Shown here in pieces: positions 9,090-19,017 of a stretch of 64,000 nt of DNA; position 1 is the stretch's first letter; each line of letters starts with the position of its first letter. The stretch is from an uncultured Chloroflexia bacterium. GTDB taxonomy: Bacteria > Chloroflexota > Limnocylindria > Limnocylindrales > CSP1-4. The position numbers and the translations under genes are program-made. The notes below the pieces were generated by a model, which was not told where the DNA came from, ran no database searches, and worked only from the letters and a program-made list of their open reading frames with translations. Where the stretch lies: positions 353,599 through 417,598 of the forward strand of contig CAVYGH010000011.1 in NCBI GenBank assembly GCA_963767945.1, given 5' to 3'.

Positions 9090-10124
9090 CTAGGGGATCC
9101 GGTTGAACCAGAGGGCCGCGAGGCCCGCGCCACCGAGGACGAGCAGCAGGGCCGCGGCGGCGAACCACTGCGTGACCTCCTGCTCCTGCTGCGTGTAGCC
9201 GACCTTGGAGCCGAGGCTCTCGTAGATCTGCGCCAGGTCCTCCGAGGTCGGCGCCGCGAAGTACCGGCCGGACGTGGTCTCGGCGATCGCCGCCAGGGTG
9301 TCGGTGTCGGGCGGGACGTTGAGCGTCTGCACCTGGCCGGTCTGCGGGTCCTGCACGTCGACCGTGCCGTCCTGTGTGCCGAGGGCGATCGTGTACACGG
9401 GCATCCCTTCGGCGGCCGCAGCCGACGCGGCGGCGAGCGGCTCGGTGGCGCCGGTCGAGTTGGCGCCGTCGGACAGGAGCACGGTCGCCACGAGCGGCGG
9501 CTGGCCCGCATCCGGCGCCGCCGACGGCGACGGCGAGGCGGACGGCGACGGGGATGCGCCGGGCGTGGTGTCGGCGGCGGTCGTCCGCGCGTCGGCGGTC
9601 GCCTGGAGCGAGATCATGATCGCGTCGCCCAGCGCGGTCCCGCCGTCGGCCTCGAGGTTGTCCAGCGCGGTGTGCACCTCGGCCCGGTCGGTCGTCGGCG
9701 CGACCACCAGCCGGGCGTCCGTCGAGAAGGCAACCAGGCCCACGCGGAAGCCCGCGGGCAGCTGGTCGACGAACGTCTCGGCGGCGGCCCGGGCGGCGGT
9801 CATCCGGTCCGGATCGACGTCGGTCGCGAGCATCGAGCGCGAGACGTCCATCGCGAGCATCACGGTCGCCTCTTCGCGCGGCACGTTGAGCACGGCGGAC
9901 GGCCGGGCCAGCGCGATCGCGAGCGCGGCGACGGCCGCGAGGTACAGGGCCGTCGGCACGTGGCGCCGCCAGCGCGGTGCCCGCGGCACGAGGTTGGAGA
10001 GCAGGTCCACGTTCGTGAACCGGACGACGTAGCGTGCGCGCCGGCGCTGGACCAGCAGGTACAGCGCGAGCGCGATCGGCACGAGCAGGAGGCCGAGCAG
10101 GAGCTCGGGCGAGGCGAAGGTCAT
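9090..10124 (-). CDS. VWA domain-containing protein (BatA-like), N-terminal TM and C-terminal TM
   Basis: Intact 344 aa with the MIDAS region VMLAMDVSRSM ... GGTALGDAI. The gene order MoxR-DUF58-VWA is conserved. Confidence 0.85.
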   Translation of the reverse strand: MTFASPELLLGLLLVPIALALYLLVQRRRARYVVRFTNVDLLSNLVPRAPRWRRHVPTALYLAAVAALAIALARPSAVLNVPREEATVMLAMDVSRSMLATDVDPDRMTAARAAAETFVDQLPAGFRVGLVAFSTDARLVVAPTTDRAEVHTALDNLEADGGTALGDAIMISLQATADARTTAADTTPGASPSPSASPSPSAAPDAGQPPLVATVLLSDGANSTGATEPLAAASAAAAEGMPVYTIALGTQDGTVDVQDPQTGQVQTLNVPPDTDTLAAIAETTSGRYFAAPTSEDLAQIYESLGSKVGYTQQEQEVTQWFAAAALLLVLGGAGLAALWFNRIP

Positions 10125-11047
10125 GGAACCATTCCCTGGATACGGAGCTGGTCGGCGAGAGATCGGAGCCAGCTGCCCGAGGTGGACAGGACGACGTGGC
10201 GGGCGCGGAGCCGGCGAAGCTCGCGGGCGACGTGGTCGCGATCGCGGGCGGCCGCCTCGGCGAACCGGTTGCGGAGCCCCGACGACGAGGTGTCGACGCG
10301 GACGGTCCGGCCGGTCTCGGCGTCGACGAGGTTGAGCTCGCCGACGTCGGGCAGCTCGTCCTCACGCGGGTCGCGGATCTCGACGACGAGCACGCCGTGA
10401 CGCTGGGCGACGGCGCCCAGCTGTGGCAGCCAGTCGAGCGGACCGCGCAGGTCCGACACCAGGACGACGAGCCCGCCGGCGGGGGCGCCGTGGGCGACGA
10501 ACCGGAGGGCGGCCTCGGGGGACTTGAAGCCGGTCTCGGCTCCGTCCGCCTCGAGCTCCACGGCGGCGAGCGTGGTGATCAGGCCGGCCCGGCCGGCGGC
10601 CGGTCGCGACTGGCGATCCGTGGCGCCGCCGAACGTGAGCACGCCCAGCCGGTTGCCCCGCTGCGTGGACAGGTGGCCGATCGCGATCGCGACGCCCTCG
10701 GCGACGTCCGTCTTGCGGCGATCGGCCGTCCCGAAGGCCATCGAGGGCGACACGTCGAGCAGCAGCCACGACGTGAGCGCGCGTTCCGGGACGTGGACCC
10801 GGACGTGGGGGCTGTTGAGGCGCGCGGTGGCGTTCCAGTCGATGCGCCGGACGTCGTCGCCCGGCTCGTACGGCCGCACCTGCGCGAGCTCCGTCCCGCC
10901 GCCGAGGTCGCGGGCGCGGAACTCGCCGGCCACGAGGCCGCGGATCCGGCGCCCGATCGACAGGTCCAGCGCGCGCAGGAGCGCCTCCGGCGTCGGCCCC
11001 GGACCGGGGCGGGCCGGCGTGCGCACCCGCGCCGCGAGGGCGGTCAT
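10121..11047 (-). CDS. DUF58 domain protein
   Basis: Intact 308 aa with YEPGDDVRRIDWNATARLNSPHVRVH and LLLDVSPSM. Its start/stop overlaps both neighbours. Confidence 0.8.
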   Translation of the reverse strand: MTALAARVRTPARPGPGPTPEALLRALDLSIGRRIRGLVAGEFRARDLGGGTELAQVRPYEPGDDVRRIDWNATARLNSPHVRVHVPERALTSWLLLDVSPSMAFGTADRRKTDVAEGVAIAIGHLSTQRGNRLGVLTFGGATDRQSRPAAGRAGLITTLAAVELEADGAETGFKSPEAALRFVAHGAPAGGLVVLVSDLRGPLDWLPQLGAVAQRHGVLVVEIRDPREDELPDVGELNLVDAETGRTVRVDTSSSGLRNRFAEAAARDRDHVARELRRLRARHVVLSTSGSWLRSLADQLRIQGMVP

Positions 11048-12072
11048 GCCGTCCGCTCCTCCGTGATCAGCCGGGGCGCGGGGACGTTGGGGACGATCCG
11101 GTCCAGGATCATGTCCGGGGTCACCTCCTCGGCGAGCGCCGAGAAGCTGGGGACGATGCGGTGGCGCAGGACGTCGGGCGCGAGGTCCGCGATGTCCTGG
11201 GGCACGACGTAGCGGCGGCCGCGCAGCAGCGCGAGGGCGCGGGCGGCGTGGACGAGGTTGATCGAGCCGCGGGGGCTGGCGCCGAACGAGATGTAGCCCT
11301 TCAGGTCGGCCTGGCCCACCAGCTCGGGGTTGCGGGTCGCGGCGACGATCGAGACCGCGTACGCGGTGATCGCCGGGTCGACGTAGATCTGCGGGGTCGC
11401 GGCCTGGAGGACCTCGAGCGCATCCGTGTCGAGGATCGTGCGGACCGCGGCCGCCGGCCGGAGCGAGCGCTCGACGACGGTGGCCTCTTCCGCGGCGCTC
11501 GGGTAGCCGACGACGACCTTCATCATGAACCGGTCGATCTGCGCCTCGGGCAGCGGGTACGTGCCCTCGGACTCGATCGGGTTCTGCGTCGCCATCACGA
11601 GGAACGGGTGCGGGACGGCGTGGCTCTCGCGGCCGATCGTGACCTGTCGCTCCTGCATCACCTCGAGCAGCGCGGACTGGACCTTGGCCGGGGCGCGGTT
11701 GATCTCGTCGGCCAGGAGGAAGTTGCAGAACACCGGGCCGAGCTCGGTATCGAAGGCGCCGGTCGACGGGCGATAGATCCGGGTGCCGACGAGGTCGGCG
11801 GGGACGAGGTCGGGCGTGAACTGGATCCGTCGGAACGAGGCGTCGAGGGCCTCGGCGAGGGTCTTGATCGTGAGCGTCTTGGCGAGGCCGGGGACGCCCT
11901 CGAGCAGCAGATGCCCGCCCGAGAGCAGGGCGACCAGCACGCGCTCGAGCATCGCGTCCTGGCCGACGATCACGCGGCGGATCTCGAACAGGACGGCCTC
12001 GGCCGCCGTGCGGGGATCGTCGGCGCGGACGGCGGGGAGCGACGGTCGGGCGTCGCGGACGGGTTCGATCAT
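11044..12072 (-). CDS. moxR: MoxR-family AAA+ ATPase
   Basis: Contains GHLLLEGVPGLAKT (Walker A), LLADEINRAPAKVQSALLEVMQE (Walker B/sensor) and the ASPRGS region. The start is set at MIEPVRD (ATG 12072, GGAGGC upstream) rather than the ORF-track start at 12132. Confidence 0.9.
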   Translation of the reverse strand: MIEPVRDARPSLPAVRADDPRTAAEAVLFEIRRVIVGQDAMLERVLVALLSGGHLLLEGVPGLAKTLTIKTLAEALDASFRRIQFTPDLVPADLVGTRIYRPSTGAFDTELGPVFCNFLLADEINRAPAKVQSALLEVMQERQVTIGRESHAVPHPFLVMATQNPIESEGTYPLPEAQIDRFMMKVVVGYPSAAEEATVVERSLRPAAAVRTILDTDALEVLQAATPQIYVDPAITAYAVSIVAATRNPELVGQADLKGYISFGASPRGSINLVHAARALALLRGRRYVVPQDIADLAPDVLRHRIVPSFSALAEEVTPDMILDRIVPNVPAPRLITEERTA

Positions 12073-12247
12073 TGAAGCCTCCGGGTCCCGCCGGTGGCGG
12101 GCGATGTCTGGTTCAGGGCCGGTGACAGGCACTCCTCAGCACTGTCACCGGCTGAGCCGATCCTTCCGGAGCTTCCTGAGAGATCCCTGACAACGGGTCC
12201 TGGGTGGTGAGACCTGAGCCGGGTCTTAACCTTTCGGCCGGCCGCCC

Positions 12248-12273
12248 GCCCGACGGCCGCGTGGCCGTCGGGC
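12248..12273 (-). terminator. Hairpin immediately downstream of the 12280 stop
   Basis: GCCCGACGGCC-GCGT-GGCCGTCGGGC, an 11-bp perfect stem with a 4-nt loop, 6 nt after the stop codon. The U tract is weak. Confidence 0.45.
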
Positions 12274-12279
12274 GTCGGG

Positions 12280-12952
12280 CTAGCCGTCCCCGTCGTCGGG
12301 TGGCGGGACCGCCCCGTCCGGCCACGCGGCGATGCAGACCCGGTTGCCGGCGCGATCGGACAGGATCCAGCTGCCGGGCGCTTCGGCGTCGACGACGATC
12401 CGGCCGCCGGCGGCGACCGCCGCCGCGAGCCGCGCCTCGACGTGCTCGCGCGCGACCGACACGTCGATGTGCATGGCGTGTCGCAGCGGCTTCTCGGCGT
12501 CGAGGTCCTGCATCCAGACCGTCGAGCTGGCCCCGAGCGGGTCGACGGCGCTGTCGTCGGCCATCGGGTCGTAGCCGAGCACCGCGCGCCAGAACCCGAG
12601 GTCGATCTCGTCGGGCTTGGCCGCGACCGCCACCGAGACCTGTTGGACCGAGGCGCGGTCGGCGGGCGCCCCGTTGGCCCGGGCGACCGCGGAGACCGCT
12701 CGTGCGAGCTCGACGTGCCGCGGCTCGAGCTCCCACATGTCCCGCGTCAGCCGGACCGTGAGCGCGCCGGTCGGCGACCGTGAGCAGCGCACCCGACTCG
12801 GCCAACCCGGGGACGGCGGCGATCGCTCCGGCGAGCCGTGCCGCCTCGTCGATCGACCCGACGCGAAAGACGGCTGTCGCGCCACCGTGCAGCACGACCC
12901 AGTCCTCGACGCCCTCGGCGGCGAGGAAGCCTCGCCAGCCCTGCTCGCTCAT
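12280..12952 (-). CDS. VOC/glyoxalase-fold protein with an N-terminal pterin-4a-carbinolamine-dehydratase-like domain; frame break near 12763
   Basis: The N-part is in ORF 12113..12952 (MSEQGWRGFLAAEGVEDWVVLHGGATAVFRVGS..). The C-part is in ORF 12280..12885 (LTVRLTRDMWELEP...HAMHIDVSVAREH..WILSDRAGNRVCI). Confidence 0.6.
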
Positions 12953-13036
12953 CCTCGCCTCTCGGGTGCTCGGCAGATCGCCGGTCGACCTGACCGGCGG
13001 ATTCTACGCACGGGTCGTCCGCCGGTGGCGGTCTCC

Positions 13037-14020
13037 TCAGCCGCCCGCCTCGTCCGCCAGCGTCGTCCACAGGTCGTCCGCGCCGATGGCCGCCGCGGCG
13101 TCCGCGAGGCGTCGCTGCTGCTCTCGCCACGCGGCGCGCGCGTCGTCCGGCGACTGTGGCGCGAACGCGAGGCGGTTGCCCGGCCGGACCTGCCCGAGGC
13201 GAGGCAGCTCGGCGCGCGTGACGACGCCGAGCACCGGGTAGCCGCCGATGGTCGGCCCGTCGGCGAGGATCACCAGCGGCCGCCCGTCGCCGGGCACCTG
13301 GATCGCCCCGGGCACGAGGGGGTGCGAGAGGATCTCCCCGCCGGCCACGAGCGGTCCGCCGTCGAGTCGGATGCCCATGCGATCGACGGCGTCGGCCGCC
13401 GTCCACCTCGTCGCCGCGAAGGCGTCGACCGCGTCCGGCGGCAGGTGGCGGAGGTCGGGCCCGGGCACGAACCGGATCGGGCCGCGCTCGGCCGTCGGGT
13501 CCGGGCGCGATCGACGCCGGCCAGGTCCGCCCGGCCGCCGCGAGGTCGCCGCGACGCACGCGGCACGAGGCGATCGCCCGCGACGAGGGCCCGGCCGACC
13601 ACCCCCGACGACGCGCCCGGCGCCCACGCCGAGGCCGAGCCCAGGATCCGCTCCGCCGCGAGGCCGCCCGCGAACCCCAGGTACGCGCGCAGGCCCGCCA
13701 GACCGCCCGTGAACCGCACCCTGGCGCCGGCCGGGATCGCGTGGACCGCATCGACGGCCAGGCGCCGACCGTCGTCGCGTTCCGCGCCCAGGTCGGCGCC
13801 CGCGATGGCGACGGCACACGCCTCGACGGCGCGCAGCTCCGTTCCGCCAAGGACGACCTCGACCGAGGCCGCCGTCGCCCGGCGCTCCGGCCAGGAGGTT
13901 CGCGACGGCCAGCGCCCAGCCATCGGCCGCGCCCGATCGCGGCACGCCGAGGTGCGCGAGGCCCGGCCGCCCGCCGTCCTGGACGAGGAGCAGCGGACCG
14001 GGATCGACGACCTCGAGCAC
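13037..14020 (-). CDS. pxpC: 5-oxoprolinase subunit C (PxpC / KipA, allophanate hydrolase subunit 2 family); about 3 frame breaks
   Basis: The sequence runs MLEVVDPGPLLLVQDGGRPGLAHLGVPRSGAAD, then VVLGGTELRAVEACAVAIAGADLG..RAYLGFAGG in ORF 13270..13923. It then returns to IRFVPGPD...GIRLDG...PGAIQVPGDGRPLVILADGPTIGGYP. Breaks lie near 13890, 13545 and 13500, each stepping one frame in the same direction. Confidence 0.75.
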   Translation of the reverse strand: MLEVVDPGPLLLVQDGGRPGLAHLGVPRSGAADGWALAVANLLAGAPGDGGLGRGRPWRNGAARRRGVCRRHRGRRPGRGTRRRSAPGRRCGPRDPGRRQGAVHGRSGGPARVPGVRGRPRGGADPGLGLGVGAGRVVGGGRPGPRRGRSPRAACVAATSRRPGGPGRRRSRPDPTAERGPIRFVPGPDLRHLPPDAVDAFAATRWTAADAVDRMGIRLDGGPLVAGGEILSHPLVPGAIQVPGDGRPLVILADGPTIGGYPVLGVVTRAELPRLGQVRPGNRLAFAPQSPDDARAAWREQQRRLADAAAAIGADDLWTTLADEAGG

Positions 14021-14032
14021 GGTGGACGCGGC

Positions 14033-14698
14033 TCAGGCCGGGACGAGGCGGACGCGATCGCCGGGCGCGAGCCGCGATGGCCGGTCGCTCGCCGCGTCCC
14101 ACAGCGGCGCCTCGGTGCGGCCGATCAGGTGCCAGCCGCCGGGCGTCTCGTACGGGTAGATGCCGGTCTGGCGGCCGGCGATCGCCACGCTCCCCGCCGG
14201 TACCCGCACCCGCGGCGTCGAACGCCGTGGCAGCTCGAGCTCGGGCGGCAGGATCCCGAGGTACGGGAACCCGGGGACGAAGCCGACGACGAGCACACGG
14301 TGATCGACGGCGGCGTGGCGGCGGACCACCTCGGCCTCGGCCAGCCCGGTCCGGGCGGCGACCTCGGCGAGGTCGGGCCCGTCGGGACCGCCGTACGCGA
14401 CCCGGAACTCGTACACGGCCGGCTCGGGCGGCGGCGCGTCGTCGCGCGCGACCATCGCCGCCTCGACGACCGCCCGCAGCGCCGCCTCGTCGATCGCGTC
14501 GGGATCGAACGGCACGAGGACGCCCGCATGCCCGGGCACCGGGGCCCCGATGCCGGCGAGCTCGTCGCGCAGGCCGTCGATCGCCGACGCGAGCCGGTGG
14601 GCGCGCGCGTTGAGCTCGAGGTCGAGCGCGTCGCCCAGCGTGACCAGCAGGGCCGCGTCGCCCGCGGGCTCGATGCGGACCCGCTGCCCCTCAGCCAC
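14033..14698 (-). CDS. pxpB: 5-oxoprolinase subunit B (PxpB / KipI)
   Basis: VRIEPAGDAALLVTLGD ... VVGFVPGFPYLG ... SVAIAGRQTGIYPYETPGGWHLIGRT. GTG 14698 overlaps the pxpA stop. Confidence 0.8.
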   Translation of the reverse strand: MAEGQRVRIEPAGDAALLVTLGDALDLELNARAHRLASAIDGLRDELAGIGAPVPGHAGVLVPFDPDAIDEAALRAVVEAAMVARDDAPPPEPAVYEFRVAYGGPDGPDLAEVAARTGLAEAEVVRRHAAVDHRVLVVGFVPGFPYLGILPPELELPRRSTPRVRVPAGSVAIAGRQTGIYPYETPGGWHLIGRTEAPLWDAASDRPSRLAPGDRVRLVPA

Positions 14699-15456
14699 CC
14701 GGCGCCCGGACCTCGATGCCGTCGGCATCCAGCGCCGCCCGGACCGCGAGCGCGATCGCGACGGCGCCGGGCGTGTCGCCGTGGATGCAGATCGTGGCCG
14801 CCGGCACCGCCACCGGCGTGCCGTCCCGCGCGGTCGCACGCCCGTCGCGCGCGATCGAGACGGCCTGGCGAGCGGCTGCGTCCGGGTCGCCGTGGAGCGC
14901 GTCGGCCAGGTCGCGGGACCGGAGGCGGCCGTCGGGCTCGTAGACGCGATCGGCGAAGCCCTCGACGGTCGTCGCGAGGCCGACGCGCTCGGCGGCGGCG
15001 ATCATCGCGGACCCCGGTGGCACCACCAGCCGGAGGCCGGGGTCGACGCCGCGCGACCGCGGTCGCGACGGCAGCGGCGGCCCCGACGCCCGCCGAGGCC
15101 TCGTGGTACAGCGCCCCGTGCGGCTTGACGTGGCGCAGCCTGGCGCCCTCGGCCCGGACGATGCCCGAAAGCGCCGCGACCTGGTACAGGACCGCCGCCT
15201 CCAGCTCGTCGTCCGCCATCGTCATCGCCCGCCGCCCGAAGCCCACCAGGTCCGGATAGCCGGGATGCGCCCCCACCGCGGCGCCGGCGTCGAGCGCCAG
15301 CCGGACGGTCCGCCGGATCGTCAGCGGGTCGCCCGCGTGGAACCCGCAGGCGACGTTGACCGAGCTCACCAGCGGGATCAGGTCGCGATCGGCGCCCATC
15401 GGCCACGGCCCGAGGCCCTCCCCGACGTCCGCGTTGAGGTCGATCGACCGTCCCAC
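14691..15456 (-). CDS. pxpA: 5-oxoprolinase subunit A (PxpA, LamB/YcsF family); frame break near 15057
   Basis: MGRSIDLNADVGEGLGPW...NVACGFHAGDP...VKPHGALY, then ORF 14691..15026 (..MIAAAERVGL..EGFADRVYEPDGRLRSR..ICIHGDTPGAV). Confidence 0.8.
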
Positions 15457-15485
15457 CGGGCCATCGTACGCGCGGATAATCGCCC

Positions 15486-15980
15486 ATGACCCGGTCGTCG
15501 TTCGTGTGGGACGTGGAGGGTCCGGTGCAGGCCGAGGTCTTCGTGGTGTGGCTCCACGGCGACGTCATCGAGCTCACCGGTCCGGACGGTCCCGTGCCGT
15601 GGCTGCTGGAGCTCGGCGCGACCGAGCACCCGGTCGAGGTGGTCGACCGGATCGTGCGCGACGTCGTCGGCGACCCGCTGCTGGTGCATTCGACCTCGTG
15701 GCGACGCGACCGGGACGCCGTGATCCTCAGCTTCGTGGTCGTGATCGACGACGGACTGGTGGGGGCCATGGCGAGCCGGCCGATCGCGCGGACGGACCTC
15801 GCCCGATCCGAGGCGACCGTCGCGCCGCGCGACATCGCGACGGACCAGGTCGTCGAGCACGCCTTGCGCCATCTGGCCTGGCTGGCGGAGGATGACCCGG
15901 TCGTTCGCGAGGAGCTGTCCGCGGGGTGGAAGGCGGCCCTCGCCACGTACGTGCCGGAGCCGTTCCGGAACCTGGGCTAG
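15486..15980 (+). CDS. Hypothetical protein
   Basis: Intact 164-aa ORF with protein-like composition and high GC3. I recognised no family. Confidence 0.5.
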   Translation: MTRSSFVWDVEGPVQAEVFVVWLHGDVIELTGPDGPVPWLLELGATEHPVEVVDRIVRDVVGDPLLVHSTSWRRDRDAVILSFVVVIDDGLVGAMASRPIARTDLARSEATVAPRDIATDQVVEHALRHLAWLAEDDPVVREELSAGWKAALATYVPEPFRNLG

Positions 15981-15989
15981 GAGGCGGCG

Positions 15990-16178
15990 ATGAGCGAACC
16001 ACGGCTGCGGTCGACCTGCGCGTGCGGCTGGCAGGTCGTCGGAACCCCCGACGAGGTCGTCGCCGCGACCATCGAGCACGGCGGCAAGGTCCACAACATG
16101 GCGGCGACCCGCGAGCAGGTGCTGGCGCGGGCCGAGGTCGTCGACGACGAGGCCTCGCAGGCGGGTAGCGCCGCGTGA
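15990..16178 (+). CDS. Small DUF1059-like protein (CxCGW .. H .. H)
   Basis: 62 aa, MSEPRLRSTCACGWQVVGTPDEVVAATIEHGGKVHNMAATREQV.., which matches my recollection of the DUF1059 pattern. Its stop overlaps the GT2 start (GTGA). Confidence 0.5.
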   Translation: MSEPRLRSTCACGWQVVGTPDEVVAATIEHGGKVHNMAATREQVLARAEVVDDEASQAGSAA

Positions 16179-16877
16179 CCGACAGCCGGCCCCGCGTGGT
16201 CGCGCTGGTGCCGGGCTACGAGGAGGGACCGCGGATCGCCGCGGTCGTCGAGGCCACCCGCCGCCACCTGCCCGTGATCGTCGTCGACGACGGGTCCACC
16301 GACGACACCGCCGCCAACGCCGAGGCGGCGGGTGCCGAGGTGATCCGCCAGGTCCCGAACCAGGGCAAGGGGGCGGCGCTGCGGGCCGGGTTCAGCGTGG
16401 CCCTGGCCGACGGCTGCGCCGCGGTCGTCACGCTCGACGCGGACGGCCAGCACGATCCCGGACGAGATCCCGCGCTTCGTCGCGGCGTATGCGGCGCCCG
16501 GCGCGACCGGCCCGCGTCCCGAGCTGCTCATCGGTACCCGCGACTTCTCCCGGATGCCGCCGGTGCGGCGCCTGTCGAACACCGTCGGCACCGCGGCGTT
16601 CTCGTGGGCCGTCGGCCAGCGCGTGCCCGACAACCAGTCGGGCTACCGCCTGCTCGGCCGGCGCCTGATGACCGCGATGCTGGACAGCCACGAGTCCGGC
16701 TTCGAGTTCGAGGTGGAGATGATCGCCGTCTGCATCCGCAACGGCTGGACGATGGGCTGGGTGCCGATCTCGACGATCTACGGCGGCGAGCCGAGCCACA
16801 TCCGGCCGGTCGCGCACCTGCGCCACTTCGTCCGGGCGACTCGCGCCGCGCGACGGCTGGTCCGGGAGGCTCGCTGA
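16175..16877 (+). CDS. Family 2 glycosyltransferase; frame break near 16458
   Basis: VVALVPGYEEGPRIAAVV...VIVVDDGSTDDT...NQGKGAALRAG...LDADGQHDP, then (extra g) DEIPRFV.. and ORF 16554..16877 (DNQSGYRLL..). Confidence 0.75.
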
Positions 16878-16895
16878 GCGGGACCGATCAGGTTC

Positions 16896-17882
16896 CTACC
16901 AGCGGTCGCCGTCGAGGTCGGTCGACCGGCGCTGGTCGGGCCGCGGGGCGGTCGCCAGGTGGTCGAGGACGTCCCGCAGCCGCGCCGTCGCGAGCGCGAT
17001 CACGCTGTCGCCGGCCCCGTAGTACATCGAGAGGAGGTCGGTCGCCGGGTCGTGCACCCAGCCGGTCGGGAACACGACCTTGTCGACGTCACCGCCGCGC
17101 TCATAGGGCGCCACCGGGCCGAAGATCCAGTCGTCGGTCCTGCGCAGCACGACGCACGGGTCGTCGAGGTCGAGCAGCGCGAGCCCGAGCCGATAGATCG
17201 GCCCCCCGGAGGTCATGTGGACGCCGTGGTACCCGAGCAGCCAGCCGTCGGGCGTCTCGAGCGGCGGCGGTCCCAGCCCGATCTTCCCGGCGTCCCACCA
17301 CGCCCCGTCGCGGGCCTCGAGGACCTGGGTGTGGTCGCCCCAGTGCCGGAGGTCGGGCGAGAACGAGATCCACATGTGGGCCCCGCCCCGGAGCGGCGAC
17401 GGGCGGTGGATCATCGCCCACCGGCCGTCGAACCGGCGGGGAAACAGCGCCGCATCCTTGTCGTCCGGTGGAACGGCCGGGCCCAGCCTGCGGACCTCGG
17501 AGAAGTCGCGGGTCATCGCCAGCGACACGAGCGGCCCGCGACGGCTGTAGGCCGTGTAGGCGATCGCCCACTCCTCCCGCTCCGGGAGCCACGTCAGCCG
17601 AGGATCCTCGCAGCCCCAGACCTCCTCCGGGTGATCCCCGGGTCGGGGGGCGAGCAGCGGCGTCTCGTCGAAGCGCCAGTCCGACACGCCGTCCGCGCTC
17701 CGTGCGACGACGAGGTGCGAGAGGCCCCGGAGGTCCTCGACGCGCGCCAGGAGCACGGTCTCGTCGCCGACCCGGGCCGCGCCCGGGTTGAAGACCGCGT
17801 TGGCCCGATACGGGAGCTGGGCGACGGTGATGATCGGGTTCGCAGGATGGCGCTCGAAGAGTGCGGCGGCGTCGGTGTCCAT
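16896..17882 (-). CDS. GH130-family glycoside phosphorylase/glycosidase (beta-mannoside type)
   Basis: From MDTDAAALFERHPANPII: VFNPGAA..., EDPRLTWL.., AYTAYS, WDAGKIG.GPPP, YYGAGDS. These are characteristic five-bladed propeller GH130 motifs. Confidence 0.8.
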   Translation of the reverse strand: MDTDAAALFERHPANPIITVAQLPYRANAVFNPGAARVGDETVLLARVEDLRGLSHLVVARSADGVSDWRFDETPLLAPRPGDHPEEVWGCEDPRLTWLPEREEWAIAYTAYSRRGPLVSLAMTRDFSEVRRLGPAVPPDDKDAALFPRRFDGRWAMIHRPSPLRGGAHMWISFSPDLRHWGDHTQVLEARDGAWWDAGKIGLGPPPLETPDGWLLGYHGVHMTSGGPIYRLGLALLDLDDPCVVLRRTDDWIFGPVAPYERGGDVDKVVFPTGWVHDPATDLLSMYYGAGDSVIALATARLRDVLDHLATAPRPDQRRSTDLDGDRW

Positions 17883-17887
17883 GGTCT

Positions 17888-19017
17888 TCACCCTCGGCTC
17901 ATGGGCAGGCTTGGTGCGGCCGCTCCGTGCCGAATCATGGACGTTGGACGGGCCCCGAGTCGGATCGTTCGCACGTGTTCGAGGGCGGTCAGCCACATCA
18001 GCGTCGACTCGGCGCCCTGGTTGCGGTTCACGCTGGCCCGCTCGAGCCCGTCGAAGCCGGCGCCCGTGAGCGGATCGGCCATCGGCAGGCCGATGTCGTT
18101 GTCACCGAGGAACCAGCCATAGGCCAGCTCGATCGCGTCGAGGTACCGACGGTCGCCCGTCTGGGCGAGGGCGACCTCGGCGGCCAGGATCGTGGCCGTG
18201 GCTTCGATCGGCTGCTGGTCGAAGCGCGCGCGTCGGCCGCCCCGTGGCCAGAACCCATCGCTGCCGATCGCGGAGAACTCGCCACCGTTCGACGTCTGGA
18301 CGGCGATCAGCCAGTCGAGCACGCCGAGGCCCATCCGGATGAGCGCCGCGATCGTCCTCCCGCTGGCCGGCGACGATGAGCGCCCGCGGCAGCAACGCGT
18401 TCTCGTAGGTGAGGACGGGCTCGGGCCATGGCCACTCCGGGCGGTCCGCGACGGGCGCGAAGGCGGCGCGGAGCCGGGCGGCCAACCGGTGAAGGGTGTC
18501 GCTCGCCGACACGCGGAGCCCGTCGTCGATCGCGCCCGACTCCATCGCCGCGGCACAGCCGAGGACGGTGGATGCCATCGCCCGCAGGGCCGTCAGCCGC
18601 GCCGCGGCGGGGAGCGACGCGGTGAACAGCTGCCGCGCCTGGGCGGCGAGATCGTCGTCGTGCCGGGTGCCCAGCGCCTGCCCGAGGGCGAGCACCGCGC
18701 GCCCGTTGCTGTCCTCGGACGCCTCGCCATCGAGCCACCGGCCGTCCGCGTCGCGGAAGTTCCGGAGACCGCCCGGTGGCGGGATCGAAGGCCTCGTGCA
18801 TGAACTGCAGGGAGCGACGCGCGCTGGCCTCGACCGCGGTCCAGCCGAGGACGTCGGCATGCTCGAGATCGACGGTCAGGGCGCGCGCGACGTCGTCGAT
18901 GCAGTACCCGAAGTCCCGGTTGGGCACCGGCCCGGTCGCGTGCTGCCAGATCCCGAGCTCGCCCGTCAGCTCGGCGAGGTGGTGCCGGTTGACCGGATAC
19001 AGCGGGCGGCTACCCAC
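17888..19017 (-). CDS. Hypothetical (alpha/alpha)6 six-hairpin glycosidase-like protein; two frame breaks (near 18775 and 18354)
   Basis: Assembled from three ORF-track frames: VGSRPLYPVNRHHLAELTGELGIWQHA..., then GLRNFRDADGRWLDGEASEDSNGRAV..., then TIAALIRMGLGVLDWLIAVQ...NRNQGAESTLMWLTALEHV. GTG 19017 overlaps the GT4 stop. Confidence 0.55.

Noticed and set aside
12119-12151. 10-bp hairpin CCGGTGACAG-N13-CTGTCACCGG in the MoxR operon leader.
   Set aside because: It is real as a sequence feature, but I cannot tie it to a known regulatory RNA or terminator function (there is no U tract and it is upstream of the start). It is not reported as a feature.
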